A stretch of 64,000 bases of DNA from assembly GCF_009914755.1 (NCBI RefSeq), contig NC_060928.1. One strand, 5' to 3'. This document shows positions 31,896-45,912 of this stretch, in pieces (positions within the stretch are counted from its first letter, which is position 1; every line of letters begins with the position of its first letter). The position numbers and the translations under genes were made by a program. The stretch is from the human T2T-CHM13v2.0 reference genome, Homo sapiens. Under the pieces are notes generated by a model, which did no database searches, was not told where the DNA came from, and was given only the letters and a program-made list of their open reading frames with translations.

Positions 31896-34800
31896 AACTT
31901 TTCAAGAATAGTCAGTACAATAAGATATAAATAGAAACAACAAAAAGTTAAAAAGCAGGAGAACGAAATTAAGGTGAGTTTTTCTTAGTTTTCTTTATAC
32001 TTGTTTGCTTGTTTATGCAAATAGTGTTATTATCAGGTTAAAATAATGGGTTATGTGTATTTACCACCCTCGTGGTAACGTCACACCAAAAAACATACAA
32101 TGAACACACAATAAATAAAAAGCACGTAATTAAATCATATCACCAGAGAAAATCATCTTCACTAGAGGAACAAAGGAATGACAAAAAGGAAGGAAGAAAA
32201 GACCACAGAACAAATAACACAGACCACAGACCAATAACAAAATGGCAGGAGTAAGTCCTTATTTGTCAATAATAACATTGAATGTAAATGGACTAAACTT
32301 TCCAATCAAAAGACATAGACTGGTTGAGTGGACAAAAAGACAAGTCCCATTGATTTGTTGCCTTCAAGAAGCATACTTCACTATAAAGGCACACATAGAC
32401 TGAAAGTAAAAGATGAAAAAAGGTATTTCATGCCAATGGAAACCAGCAAAAAGCAGGAGTTACTATACTTACATCAGACAAAGTAGATTTTAAGACCAAA
32501 ACTATAAGAAGAGACAATAACTATAGGAAACTATAAGAAACTATAAGAAGGGACACTATATAAGGAAAAATGGGTTAATTCAAAAAGGGGATATAGCAAT
32601 TTTAAATATAAACATATATACACCCAACACTGGGACACCCAGATATACAAAGGAAATATCAGAGCTAAAGAGAGAGATAGGCCCCAACATAATAATAGTT
32701 GGAGACTTCAACACTTCACTTTCAGCATTGGACAGCTCTTCCAGATAGAAAATCAATAAGAAACATAAGACTTAATATACACTAGAGAGAAAATAGATCT
32801 AATATATATATTTATAAAACATTTCATCCAAGAGCTGCAAAATACACATTTTTGTCCTCAGCACATAGATCATTTTCAAGGATAGACCATATGTTAGGTC
32901 ACAAAACAAGTTTTAAAACATTCATAAAAGATTGAAAACCCAAAGAAGACAATGAAAAAACTAAACAAATGAACTAACCTACATAGAATATGTAGTCAAA
33001 GAGAAAGCACATAGTGAGATAGTAGATGTGTATCTTTAAAAAAGTGCTTATACTAAATATTCATGAACATAATTATCTACTCAAAGATTTGTTAGGATGC
33101 ATAAAAATTAGTTAATATTGACTATTTACAAGAGACACATCAAAACATGAATTTACCAAAGGCATATAGTAAAAGGATAGAGAAAATGTATTACTTAACC
33201 TGAACCAAAAAGAAGGTAATATTGTTATATTCATATCAGACAAAATAAACTGCAAGACAAAAACAATACATTAATGGCTATAAATGGTTATTTCATATGA
33301 ATGGAAAGTTTTATATCTATTAGGAAGATGTACAAATTCTAAGCTTATGTACAATTAATATGGGGGCATCAAAATATATAAAACAAAAATTGCCAAAATT
33401 TCAAGAAAAAAAAATACAAATCCACAACATTGAGGGGTATTTGATGGAACAAACAGATAAAAATCAGTAACAATATAATAAACAACACAAGAAAAAATTT
33501 TGACCAGATGATTATATATTGACCACTGAAGGCAATAACTGTAGATGATACACTCTGTTTCAGGCAGACAAAACCATTTTTCGGTGTTCAATTTGTTTTC
33601 AGATTTCCAGTGTTCAATAACCTCTATGGCTAGTGGCCACTATACAAGACAGTGCAGTTCTAACAATTCACATGTCTTTCTCCATATTTAAAAATCATTT
33701 TTTTTTGTGTGTGATGTTATCTTAACTCTTACTTTACTGTAATTTATTGAAGAATATTGGGGAATATATATCCTTATTAACTAAAGATGATAAAGATGAT
33801 AATTATATGTGAAGTACTTTTTCAAAGGCTGTCCAGGCTCCAGTGCTTTTAACCCAGAGGCATTACTTTTATATTTAATAAAGCATTTTAAATATGTAAA
33901 AATTTTTATACATTTTATACGAAAGACACAATAGAAAACTATTTACTAAATACCCATCCAAATACTTGGAAACTGGGAGAAAAGTAGTCACTTAAATTGA
34001 TTAGAGTTTAATTGAGAAAGTGTCATCATCTTTTTTTTTTTCCAAAGGCAAATATACCGTGAGTCTATTATTTGACATCTTTGGGGTCTGAATAGTTTGT
34101 GGTCTACATAAATGCTATGGCTTCTATTATCATTTGAGGGATTGTTTTACAACTCTACTTTTAGTGATAAAGTCAAGACTAGGACTTGCTAGGCATTTTA
34201 CAGCAGAACTGCAATAATTTCAAGCCGACTATATCATTTTCATTTGGAGAGGCACTATGTATAGAGAAAAATGTTTCAGTGGACTAGCTTGGGCTTTACA
34301 GAGATTCTTCAATCTGTGGCTTGATGTCTTTTATCAAATTTGGAATAATCCTGTTTAGTATTTCTGTAGACTTATATTTTCTCTGCCATTTACTCTCTCT
34401 CTTCTTTTCCTTATATTGCAACTACACGACTACAGCTTTTTTTAAAGCAGGTCCACATGTATAACATCTGAATTGTGCTGTATATATCTATATTTTTCTC
34501 TTTGTTTTAGTTTCAGTATTTTTCTATTAACCTCTCTTCGAGTTCACTATTTTTTGCTGTGTCCAGTATGCTATGAAACATATTAAATTAGTTCTGATTT
34601 TCAAATATCATATAATGCAGTTCCAAAATATTGACTGGATTATTTTTATAGAATCAATTTCTCCTTTGAAATGCTTTAGGTTTTAATCCATTCTTAATTA
34701 TCTATTTCTTCAGCTATTTTGAAGTCCTTTATTGCCAGCTGTGACATCTGGATCATTCTAGAGTCTACTTCTATTGATTAATGTATCTCTTAATTATCTG

Positions 34801-35665
34801 TCACTTTTTTCACTTCCTAGCATATTTAATAATTTTTTTCTGTTATGCTAATATTGTAGATAACATACTGTAGAGACATTGCGTTAAGATGTCTTCTATA
34901 GAGAAATGCCAATTAAAATGTGTAAATTCTCTTAAGTCTTGATTTTAGTCCTCATTAAACCACATCTCTTTTAGTTTCTCCATTATTTCTACAGTTTATT
35001 CTCTCCTAGAGCACAGCTATAATTTATAGGTACTAGGCTTTCAAGGGTCTTACTTGAAGGGTGTGTGCACTTTATGCTAAAATCCAAAATTTTCTTAAAA
35101 TCTCTGCTTGTAGGTTTTTTTTTCCCAGATACCTTAGAATCTCAGTATAAGTACAATGTAGAAGCTGGCTAAAGACTTTAATTTTTGCAAAGATTTTTGG
35201 TGCTCCTTTACAGCTCCTATTTCATGGGCATTGTACTCCCAAATTCAAGTTGCCATGGAGGGCTTAATACTGATTACTCTTTCTACTACTGAGGACTGTT
35301 CATCTCATTATTTCTACTATGATTTGGAAAATACTGTAAGGGAGAAAATATATGTAAATATGAAGCTCATCTCACATATTCCTCTCTCAAGTGTTAAGGC
35401 CATGTTGGTTGCTGTCTAAGAATGCTGACATCATTTTTTAAACTTTCTCCAGCTTAAATAGTTTTTTTTTATCTTAATGTTTTTATTTTTTATTATGAAA
35501 TAATTCAAATATACATAAAAGAATGAGCCACCCACATACCAGCCACTAGACTTAACTATTATTAACACTTTGCCATATTTTCTACAGATCATCATTTTTC
35601 TGTTAGGGATGTAAAACACTATAAACACAGTTAAATCCTCTTTTTTTCCATTCCAATAGACTTTC

Positions 35666-36196
35666 TTTTTTTTTAATTTATTTATTTTTTTATTATTATA
35701 CTTTAAGTTTTAGGGTACATGTGCACATTGTGCAGGTTAGTTACATACGTATACATGTGCCATGCTGGTGTGCTGCACCCACTAACTCGTCATCTAGCAT
35801 TAGGTATATCTCCCACTGCTATCCCTCCCCCCTCCCCCCACCCCACAACAGTCCCCAGAGTGTGATGTTCCCCTTCCTGTGTCCATGTGATCTCATTGTT
35901 CATTTCCCACCTATGAGTGAGAATATGCGGTGTTTGGTTTTTTGTTCTTGCGATAGTTTACTGAGAATGATGATTTCCAATTTCATCCATGTCCCTACAA
36001 AGGACATGAACTCATCATTTTTTATGGCTGCATAGTATTCCAAGGTGTATATGTGCCACATTTTCTTAATCCAGTCTATCATTGTTGGACATTTGGGTTG
36101 GTTCCAAGTCTTTGCTATTGTGAATAATGCCGCAATAAACATACATGTGCATGTGTCTTTATAGCAGCATGATTTATAGTCCTTTGGGTATATACC
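35666..36196 (-). mobile_element. 5'-truncated young L1 (L1PA2-like)
   Basis: 3' UTR reads GATGACGAGTTAGTGGG (GAG, not the Ta-type ACA) and AAACTTAAAGTATAAT. ORF 35900-36142 is the ORF2p C-terminus. Confidence 0.92.
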
Positions 36197-36397
36197 TTAT
36201 AGTGAGAAAGTAAAAGCTACACCAGCTACTCCATTATGGTCAAGCCAAAAGATCTTTGCCATGAATTTCAATAAATCTAGCTTTTATTTTTAATTTCTGA
36301 AGTTCTATGACAAAACAATACAGATATTGTGTATACATTTTTATGTTCCCCTTTAGCTTATAGCTTATTAGCTTATATAGTACTTATACATTTGACT

Positions 36398-36408
36398 CTG
36401 TGTGTGTG

Positions 36409-36439
<31 letters not shown>
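36398..36439. repeat. (TG)n microsatellite
   Basis: TG run with one CG interruption. Confidence 0.97.
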
Positions 36440-38912
36440 AGAGAATGAGAAGGAAGGAGAGAAAGTGAGAAAGTGGATAGGTATATAAATGTGTGCATAA
36501 AAATTATATGTTTTTTCTACTCAAGCAAAATGATTTCAAGAATTAAATATTAGCAGAAAGCTTTTAAAGGTCTTTTGAAAATATATCAGATTTGGGTCAC
36601 CTTTATACAGATACTTATTTCATGAAATCATTTTTAAGAAACATCTTCTGCTGGTAATCTATAGTGGTCAAGTAAAATTTCTAGAACATTAAATGTCTTC
36701 CCAAATATAAGAAACTCTTGTTTCTCAATGACATTGTATACTTGACTTAAAATAACTGAATTTTGGATCCACAAAGTGATAAATGGATAACTGCAATCAT
36801 AATTAGGTTTAATTATTTCTCCTGGGAAACAATTTTGCTATGCCATTGTATTCACTTCCATTGCTGTCAATGGAATCTTACGTATCCAGAGTAGACATTC
36901 TTAGAACTTTGGGTACATTCAGGGTATCAATTTAGGAAATGCTATCAAATCAAAAAAGCAACTTTATAACTCATCTCAGAACCATATATTTTGCCAATGA
37001 GAGAAATAAAATGCTAGGAGTATAATTTCTAGAAGCCAGAGTCTTTGTTTTATTGTGAATACTAAACAGCTGCCATTCAATAAATGTTTGAAATACATAA
37101 GAAATGAACTCAAAAAAAGTCTTTAGAATTTAAATTTTTGTATTTCCAGAGGAAAAAAAAATAATTATTTTCTTTTCTAATATTTTACATGACATTTTTG
37201 CAATACAAAAGTCATAGTTAAGAGTAATTGCTCAGACATTCTGCTTAGTAGCATTTTCTCACTGCAATGTACCAGATGTCAAAATCCATTACTGTCATGG
37301 TGTCACTTTCATAATTTTAATGACTGAGATTCTGTGACATATATAAACACTGTCAGGATTTTCCAGCAAATCAAATCTTTTCCAAATTTACTTCTTTTAA
37401 TAGTTGAGCCTTTTAAAAGTATTCAATTTACTTTTCCTTATCTAAAAACTTTTAACAAGCCAGACAAGTAACTGACATTAAGCTTTTTTTCTATAATGTT
37501 ATACCAAGTTTTACATTTGTGAACTGTTAATTTAACCTCCTTGAAGATTGTAGCTAATGTTTTATTAGGATTTTGGAACTAAGTGTTTTGGTTTGGCTTC
37601 TTATCTCTGAGAGGGCCAAATATCTGCATGAATATTTTATAAGAATTAGCTGAAAAAAATTCTGAGAGTTTTTAGTTAATACTTTGGTAAATAATAACCA
37701 GTGCTTATGCCTGGAGACAATTCTTAGGGTGGAAATAAACTACCCAAACTAGCTGTCAGTATCTAGGACAGCAGCAGTTCAGAGCAGAAGAAATGTGAGG
37801 CAGATGATACAGACAGAATGAGCGATGTACGATGGAACAAAGAAGAGAATAAAGTTATTTTGAAACCTCTGTTCTTTCTCGGGGATAGTTCCTGAAGCTT
37901 TGAACTACCATCTTGAAGCACATCTGGCTGAACAGGTAAGCCAAAGCGGTGAACTCCACTTGGGTGGAACCACAAACGTTGCCCCACTTCAAGGTATTAA
38001 ATACCTGTCCTCTAGTTTCCTTTCCCCAAATTAATTATCCTACCTTGATCCACTTGGGAAAAGCCTGCCTCTCTCTTTCTCTCTCAAAACAAATTATATT
38101 TTAAAAAATAACAAATAATAAAGGTAAATAATTTTGCAAAAATTTTGGTTGATAGTTGATAATTAGAACATTGTTGCTTTGACTTTTGTTTTTTTTTAAA
38201 CTTATTTTATTAGTTCTTTACCATACTCATTTGTGGTGGTGGGAGTGGTGGGCAAACTGGGAAGATGGCAGTAACTCATTCCAGCCGCTTCCTTCATCTC
38301 CTGTTGACTACCTAGAACAGGTTTTTAAAAGCCTCATCTTCTGCCTACTTGTGCCATTTCCCCCAGATATTCAGATCTAACTCAGTCCTTCTTTTTCCCC
38401 ACTCTGGGAAACAGTAATGCTAAAAATAGATCAGATTAAGTAGATTGTTTGTGTGAAGTCCAATGTTAGTATCCTCATAAAATAGTCCATCCAGATTTTC
38501 CCTGGATGAGTGCTAAAAGGGAGGGTCATCTTAACAGAACAATAATTTCGGAAGCATTTATCACATTAAAGATCCCCCGACCTGGCCCCACAGTTTCCAC
38601 TCATTATGAAAAATATGTTCAATATAAAAAGCACAAACACAGTGTGCTCTTAGCTGGCTTCTGCTGTCAGGACATCTATGGCAGAGGCTCAGTTGCCAGG
38701 AACAGAGCCAATGAGGTTTGAGCTGATTAAATTTCAAACAAAGATTTATCACAATTGTTGGGAGTTATATTTCACTCAAATAATGGAAATACTGTGCAAT
38801 AGAGGAGCGTTGATGAATTTTATGTTTCCATCCTTGGGACTTAAAAACAATTGTAAATATACTCCAAATATCAATCCCAGACCATCCCTGCCACATTTCA
38901 GTTTAAAAGGTT

Positions 38913-39292
38913 TGATATAGAGTGAATATACATACCTGCCCCCAGTGTTCAATGTGGGGCCTGGTGGGAGATGTTCGGTCAGGAGGCAGAACCTTCACAG
39001 CTTGGTGCTGTCTTTTTCATAGTGACCGAGTTCTCCTGAGATCTGGTTAAGTATGTGGCACCTGCCCCACTCCCACTCTCTCTCGCTCCTACTTTACCCA
39101 AGTGATATCCAAGCTCCTGCTTCACTCTCCACCATGAGTAAAAGCTCCCTGAGGCATCCCTAGAAGCTGAGCAGACATCTGTACAATGCTTCCTGTAAAG
39201 CCTGCAATACCATGAGCCAATTAAATCTCTTTCCTTTATACATTGCATAGTTTCAGGTATGTATTTATAGCAATGCAAGAACAGTCTAATAC
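38913..39292 (+). mobile_element. MST-type (ERVL-MaLR) solo LTR
   Basis: tgatatag...ggggcctggtgggag...ccaccatgagtaaaagctccctgaggc...gagccaattaaatctct...ctaataca. Confidence 0.88.
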
Positions 39293-42200
39293 ATGATTTA
39301 TCTTGTTAAACAAAGGTAAATTTAAAAAAATCTATAAAACGAAACGAAGAATGAAATTTAAGCATAAAAGGTAAAATATATGGGAAAATCACAAAATGTA
39401 CATTCAGCCCTGCCACAGACAATTCTTATATTTTCTGGGGAATAGTGCAGTGAATATATTTTCAGTATTTACTGGCCAAGTGGTCACTAAAAAAGGGAAG
39501 CAGAACTTAATAATTTGTAAAATTTCTTTGGCTTTGGATGATCTAGATTGATCCATACATTTCTCAAATGCTCCAGCTAATCAAATCAGTTATGTAAGCA
39601 TGGCTTAAAAATACAAAATTAGCACATATTTATCTTATCACACATCGCCTTCTCTCTATGTAAGTATTACTTTAAGTCTGAATAATCACTGGAAAAATTG
39701 CAATGAATTAAATTATACTGTTAGTAATTCACCTATTTATTTGGTACGACTTATAAACTATAAAAATGTCAGTGAAAAGATGAATGAATACAGCAAATGA
39801 AAATATTTTCATTATTTTTAATATTTTTGATATAGAAAATAAACATGGAAAACATGACACTTTTTATTATCATATAGTTTCCAGTGCTTTCTGAAATTAT
39901 TCTTTTTCAAGGAGGCTGCAAGTACTTCTCAAAAATTATTAACTTTTCAACAATAAATCTGTAAAACACACATGATTTACCAACTGTTAGGTTAAAACAA
40001 CACCTTCAATAATATTCATTCCTAAAAATTTGAGATTTATTCTCAATACATTATTAAAATCATCCCTCGAAACTATGATTCATCTTTTTCTGCCTTACAG
40101 AAGGTTAAGATGACACCCACTTAAAATGTATCTCTGAATATAATTTGCTTTTCTGATCAAATACATAGATTTACATACAACTTTGTAAATACTTAGGAGC
40201 AAAAAAAAAAGAGTAAACACTGTATTTTATGTAAAGTCTTAAAAAAACAAGAACAAACTTTAAGTCAAGAAAATAATTTGTAGAATTTGAAGTTTTGATT
40301 TTTAAGCTTTATTTATCCAAGGCACATGATAGGGACTGGAACCATGTGGTTGTCAGTTTGGATCCTGGCCTCTACATTATGCTCAGGAAATCCTGGAAAA
40401 ACTGCTTACAATTCAAACTATAGCTCCTTATTAATAAAAATAGGCATTAAATCTACCCATATTTACTGTTGTGAGAATTAAATAAATATCATGACATTAG
40501 AATTTTAATTTTATAGCCAGCATTTAATGGAGGCATATGATGTGCTAGATTGTTTGATAAATATTTTAAATATATTGCCTTATTTAATCCTTAGAGAACT
40601 CTATATAGAGATATCATATTCACTGTATTTTATGGGATAAGAAATATAGAGGTAAGGAAAGTTGAAAATGTTAAGTAATTTTGCATCGGATAATAATTAT
40701 CTCAACAGTGAAGCTGACATTCAGTGAAAAAATTCTGCTCTCAAAGGGGCTAGGACATGATTGGTATTCAATGAGTTGTATTGTCCTAATTTTAAAATTA
40801 ATAACTTTTTTATTAAGGGGAAGGGTTATTACAGCGGAAACTGAAGACATACCAAGGTTCAGTCCCTATTTTGACACTCAAGTGTGACACCTCAGGGAAG
40901 TCATCTAATCTTCAGTTTCCAAATCTGTGAAGACTGGGGAAAACACATATTGTAAAATAACAAAAAAGAGATTATTGAATGATAGTTCTTACTATGGAGA
41001 GACATGTTTACCTTCATACTATTAGGGTTTTGACCCTTTCTCAAAAGATAAATAAAAATAATTTGGTTCTTTAGAGTATAATAGTCTTGAGATCTCATAG
41101 TGAGTGCTATTTCTAACAGCTAAAGCCAGGGAAATATGTGCCTGTTTCCCAGGAGATTTTGGAATAATCAGCACATTATGCATATTTTAAAAGCTAGAAA
41201 AACAATAACAATTGCTACAAAAATAGATTTTTCTTTTCTCCCACAAAAGGGCCTATGGGCCAACTACATTTGTTCATCTTATCATTTGGAAATAGTTCTA
41301 TTTCTGAATTTGCCCCAAATCTAAATATTCTCTAATCAGTTACTCCAGCGTTTGTTCATATTATATTTACATTTCTACACTAAATATTTCAGATTTATAG
41401 ATTTGGTTTCATAAATATTATTTCCTTGCTTATATCTCACGTTAGGACCAAATTGTTTTAAAAAAATTTTCCCATAGTCACTAATCAAATCATTTAAATC
41501 TTTCTGAATTTTAATATTTTGAAAAATAGTCATAATAATGACTATTATGTCACTATTTCATGTCATTATTTTTATAATGACATAAAAATTGGTTGTTGAT
41601 TTCAATTTCTGCTTTAAACCAAGGTAAATAGGACTAATTTTTCATCACATATATGAGTAATTTTACTGTTTGTTTCTCTATCAATTCAAGTTTACAAAAG
41701 TATTTGGTAAATCTTTTCTAAGCAGAACTAGTATGAAGAAAACATTACAGTGAAAGGAAGGGGATAGAAATACTCAGCTCACTTGAAAAAAAAGTTAAGG
41801 CAAAAAGGAAATTTCACACTCACCAATACATCTGATTTTGGAAAACATCTAGTAATGTATATGAAGTAATAAGTTTTTATTATGTAAATGATTGTTAAAG
41901 TCAACTCCAAGACATTTTATTTATTTAAAAGAATAATGAAGAAAGCCAAATGCAAATGTTTAAAGCAGCGTGTTATTTAGCATCCATCTACTGAAAGTAT
42001 TCACCCACTGTATGAATCAAAACAGTTTTACAATTAGAAGAAAATTCTACACATAGCCTTCTGATAATATTTAGTGAAAAAATAGAATAAAAATGTCATC
42101 TTATATAATGCCTTTTGGTTACAGTTAAAATACCAGAACTTTCCAGGATATATGTTTTACATGATTATAATTTATATAAAAGTTTAATCTGATTGGAATC

Positions 42201-42683
42201 CACTCATCCTAGTTCATGTGGCTTTGTTATATTTTCTGACAGCACATCTATTCCAAAGCCCCAATTTTAACACTCATGTTGCCTAACTACGAACTGAATT
42301 TCACTGTTAATTGCTAAATGTTCTGAAGGTTTGGTGGTAGAGCCATGGCCACAACCTTTGTTAAAAGGAATGTTATTATAATATGCTTGGAATTAACTGG
42401 GAAGCTATATTTGTCACCCAATAGTGAGTTATATATGTATAGTAATGGTCTCTGTCTTTTTCTACTACTTCAAAAATTTTCTAAAGATGCCCTCTCAAGT
42501 GGTTGATTCTAGATATTTTGAGAACTCAGGTTTGAAAGGAATGCCATAAAAGGTTGTGTACAAAGTTGTAATGTTGTGTGCTTATCAAAACATTTACCAT
42601 CTTAAAAAAGACTTGCTTACCTCTGTAATATAGCATTGGGACTGAAAAATCCAGGCAGTTACACAACTGGTAATAGCTGCCTC

Positions 42684-42843
42684 TTGCTACTCAAAGGGTG
42701 GTTCATGAACCTGCCATAGTAACATCATTTGAGCTTGTTCCGTTTGCAGAAACTCATCCACATCCTGAACTTACTGAATCTGAATCTGCATTTTAACAAT
42801 GTGCCCAGGTGGTTTGAATGCATATTACATTTTGAGAACACTG
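42684..42843. mobile_element. MER5A-type hAT-Charlie remnant
   Basis: tgctactcaaagggtggttc...tactgaatctgaatctgcattttaacaa...ttttgagaacactg. Confidence 0.8.
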
Positions 42844-44176
42844 CAAAGTCATACCTTTAGTGAAACTCAACGTTTCCTGAGCTCAGACGGGCAGTCCTGA
42901 AATACAAGTTGTACCAAGCAAAGATTATAGAGCTTCTGAGCAAAGTGTGGGTAGGTTGGACTGTACCAAGTGTTAGATATTAAAATTACACCAAAAATAG
43001 TTTTCTAATGTTTTAGTAGGTGAAGAAAATTTAATTAAAATAAGTTTTTGCAAAATGTCAAGTATTATATTCAAACTGACACTTTTTCAATCACCTTTCA
43101 CCAGTACTCTTCATTGAGACATGTAGTATGGATTCCATATAAACCTGAAGAAAATTGTTAGGGTTCATGTCCTCCAAGCCAAAGTACAATTCATAACCTG
43201 GGTATTAACATCCCAAAATAGCAATAGCTCTCAAATCTAGGAGACAGCATCAAAAAACAAAAGTAACTTATTACACAGCTGACATATTGACTGGTTGAAA
43301 TCTCTACTCTTCTTTTTGATTCCTTTTTAAAAAAATGTTTCAAACATATATAAAAATTAGTGGCATATAAGTTGGGTGCAAGAATTAAGTTTTAGCTCTG
43401 GAGCTATGGGGAAACATTTCACATTTCTTTTAGTGTTCCAGGTTTCTCAAAACATTTGCTGCCAAAGCTTCATTTTTGTTTTTCAATTTTAGAAGTTTTT
43501 CTGGTTACCTTCAGAAAATTTCATTTTTACACTATAAACTAGATAATCACAATTCATCTTCTAATATTTACATTGTCTACCTAAGTTAGGTCACATGTTA
43601 AAAAATAAGTTTAGTTTCAACTTTGAAGCTGAGAATGTAAAACAAATATTTGTTACTGATCAATAGATATGCAGATTCTAAATACAAAGAAGATTTAAGC
43701 TACTAAAATAGCTTCATTGGTTTCATTTTCTAGGACATTTAAGCTTTTATAAATAGCAATGTCATGAGGATAAAAATTCCATGATATAAGAATTTACAAC
43801 ACTAGCAATATATTCCTATCAAAATATTGACATGGAGAATTATTTCTATTAAAAATAGGTAAAGTATCTTAAAATACTGAAAATAAGGTCTATGGCTCTG
43901 AGAGCTTTAAAATATCAGGGATTGAAAACTCTGCTATGTTGATATTTGTATAACATAAAATATTATTATAACTTAAAGATAATTAATGGTCTGGCTGACC
44001 TTTCTGACTGACCATTATTGACCATGAAACTGTTGATAAGAAAAGCTACTTTTAAATCTACTGTTCTCATTCTATTCTAGTCTAGAGAGAAAAGAACCAA
44101 CTGTAATATTTTTGGTGACCATTTAAATGTAGATTAAAATTCAAATAACAAAGAGTAATTTTGCTAAAAGCATATA

Positions 44177-44492
44177 CAGTCGGCCTTTTGTATCCATGAG
44201 TTCTGCTTCTGTAAATTCAAAAATATGTTTTAAATTGCATCTGTACAGAACATGTACAGATCTTTCTTTCTTGTCATTAGTCCCTAAATAATACAGCATA
44301 ACAACCATTTGCATACCATTTATATTGCATTAGGTATTCTAGGTAATCCAGAGATTATTTGAAGGATATGGTTGGATATGCATAGATTTATGCAAATACC
44401 ACACCATTTTACATAGGGGACTTGAGCGTCTGTAGATTTTGGTATCTGTGAGGGTACTGGAAGCAATCCCCTGTGGATAGAGAGGGATGATT
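44177..44492. mobile_element. MER2 (TcMar-Tigger) DNA transposon
   Basis: ta|cagtcggcc...gtatcc start, internal tatgcaaataccacaccattttacataggggacttgagc, end ggatagagagggatgatt|ata with TA flanks. Confidence 0.85.
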
Positions 44493-44959
44493 ATATTTGA
44501 ACTTGGAAAACACTAGTAAGAAGTTTCAGTGACTAAGACTTAACTGGGCGTTTTAGATACATATAGAACATTCAAGAGAGAAAAATTTTTATATTTTCAA
44601 ATTTATTATTCAGCCAAGACTTTTTAACATGACCCAAATGAAAGTTAGGACATTTAAGGACTGACTTAACAACCTAATTCTGCAGCTAAATAAAACTCTG
44701 CAGGCCCAGTTGTACTTACCTCATCTAGGTTACCTGGCAGAAACAAAAAGTAACTTTCAATAATTACAGGGTAATAAAGCCACATCTAATTGTTGGAAAA
44801 TTCATTAATAACATCAAAAACTCCACAGTCTTAAATAACTGCTATGAGTTACAATATCTTAAAGGCACCCGTAGAAGTAGGATTTTAGATTTAAAAGATT
44901 TCAGGTTTTGTTTATAACTATTGTCATGAACTGGATACTGAAAAAATATTATCCTAGAC

Positions 44960-45136
44960 CAGAGTTCTCAATTATAATGTTTCAATAGAATCACTTGGGA
45001 ACTTTTAAAAATATTTATGGCTGGGTAGCACTGCTTAGGGATTCCGATGATTAAAAATGGCAGGTTCTGAGCATTGGTATTTTTTAAAAAGCTATTCGGA
45101 TAGTTTCTAATGTGCAGCCAATCTTGAAAACCACTG
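44960..45136. mobile_element. MER5B-type hAT-Charlie remnant
   Basis: cagagttctcaa...agaatcacttgggaacttttaaaaa...ctaatgtgcagcca...gaaaaccactg, flanked by ctaga motifs. Confidence 0.75.
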
Positions 45137-45234
45137 GTCTAGAGTGGTCTAGAACCACTCTAGTCTAGAGTTTTAACTGTCTCTCTCAAAAAAGACAAGG
45201 TTTATTTCCAGAGCAGTCTTGTCAATTATAATCC

Positions 45235-45620
45235 TCATCATTTGTTTATCAAACATTTATTGAACACTTACAGTGGGAAGTTATTGGGCTAGGTTCAGAG
45301 GGTACAAGAGTGTAAAATATAAGGAAATAACCCCTGCCCTTAATCTATTGACAGTCTAGTGGAAGAGCCATTTAACAAAGAAATGATTGCAATATAGTGG
45401 TAGGAAAGGGTTAAGAATGTGTTACAGAGATTCACCAGAAGAAGACAGGCAAAGATAGGTAACACTGGTGGGGAAAGGACATCAAAGCAAGAAAAGATGA
45501 GCAAAGACCTATAGCAAGAAAGATCATAGCTAGATCATTGAGAACTGAACATTGTCCTGGGATTATGAGAGGCTTTGCAAGGTAAGCTCAGGAGCATAAC
45601 TTTTTATTGGAAACAGTAGA
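45235..45620 (-). mobile_element. L2 3' fragment
   Basis: tcatttgtttatcaaacatttattgaacactta...cccctgccct...acagtctagtgg. Confidence 0.6.
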
Positions 45621-45912
45621 GTATCATTAAATGATTATAAGAATAGTAAGAAAATGAAAAACAATGAAAAAGCAGACAGTATTGTTTTACTATTCCATAG
45701 TTAATAATAATAGTAATCACTTGCACAATTTTAATAATATATGGATTATTTTTAAAATAATCATCTATTATCAAATATATAGATTATTCTCCTTAATGAA
45801 GGCAAATATTACTTAAATACTTTAAATGAATTAATTTATTTAATATTTTCCCTATTTTTACAGATGAAGAAACAGTCATAGAGAAGTTAAGTGACCCCTG
45901 AAGGTCACATAG

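Larger units (their letters stand above)
26285..32937 (+). mobile_element. Old L1 (L1M1/L1PB/L1MA-type): 5' UTR, disabled ORF1, inter-ORF and start of ORF2; interrupted by the SVA; 3' part missing
   Basis: Begins with the L1 5' YY1-type motif gcaagatggcagaatag. ORF 28339-28608 is the ORF1p N-terminus (MTSPSELNKAPGTNPGETEIC...). Endonuclease-domain motifs start at ~32242 (ataataacattgaatgtaaatggactaaac, ggagacttcaacac, gatagaccatatgttagg). Confidence 0.88.

Noticed and set aside
29789-31934. Many overlapping Pro/Gly/Arg-rich ORFs (up to 274 aa)
   Set aside because: They result from the stop-poor GC-rich SVA VNTR. Only the MAST2-ATG ORF has independent support.
37870-44760. Isolated splice-donor-like motifs (CAGGTAAGC at ~37933 on +; GAGGTAAG at ~42620 and ~44719 on -)
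   Set aside because: They form no coherent exon chain or recognisable peptide, and such motifs are expected by chance.
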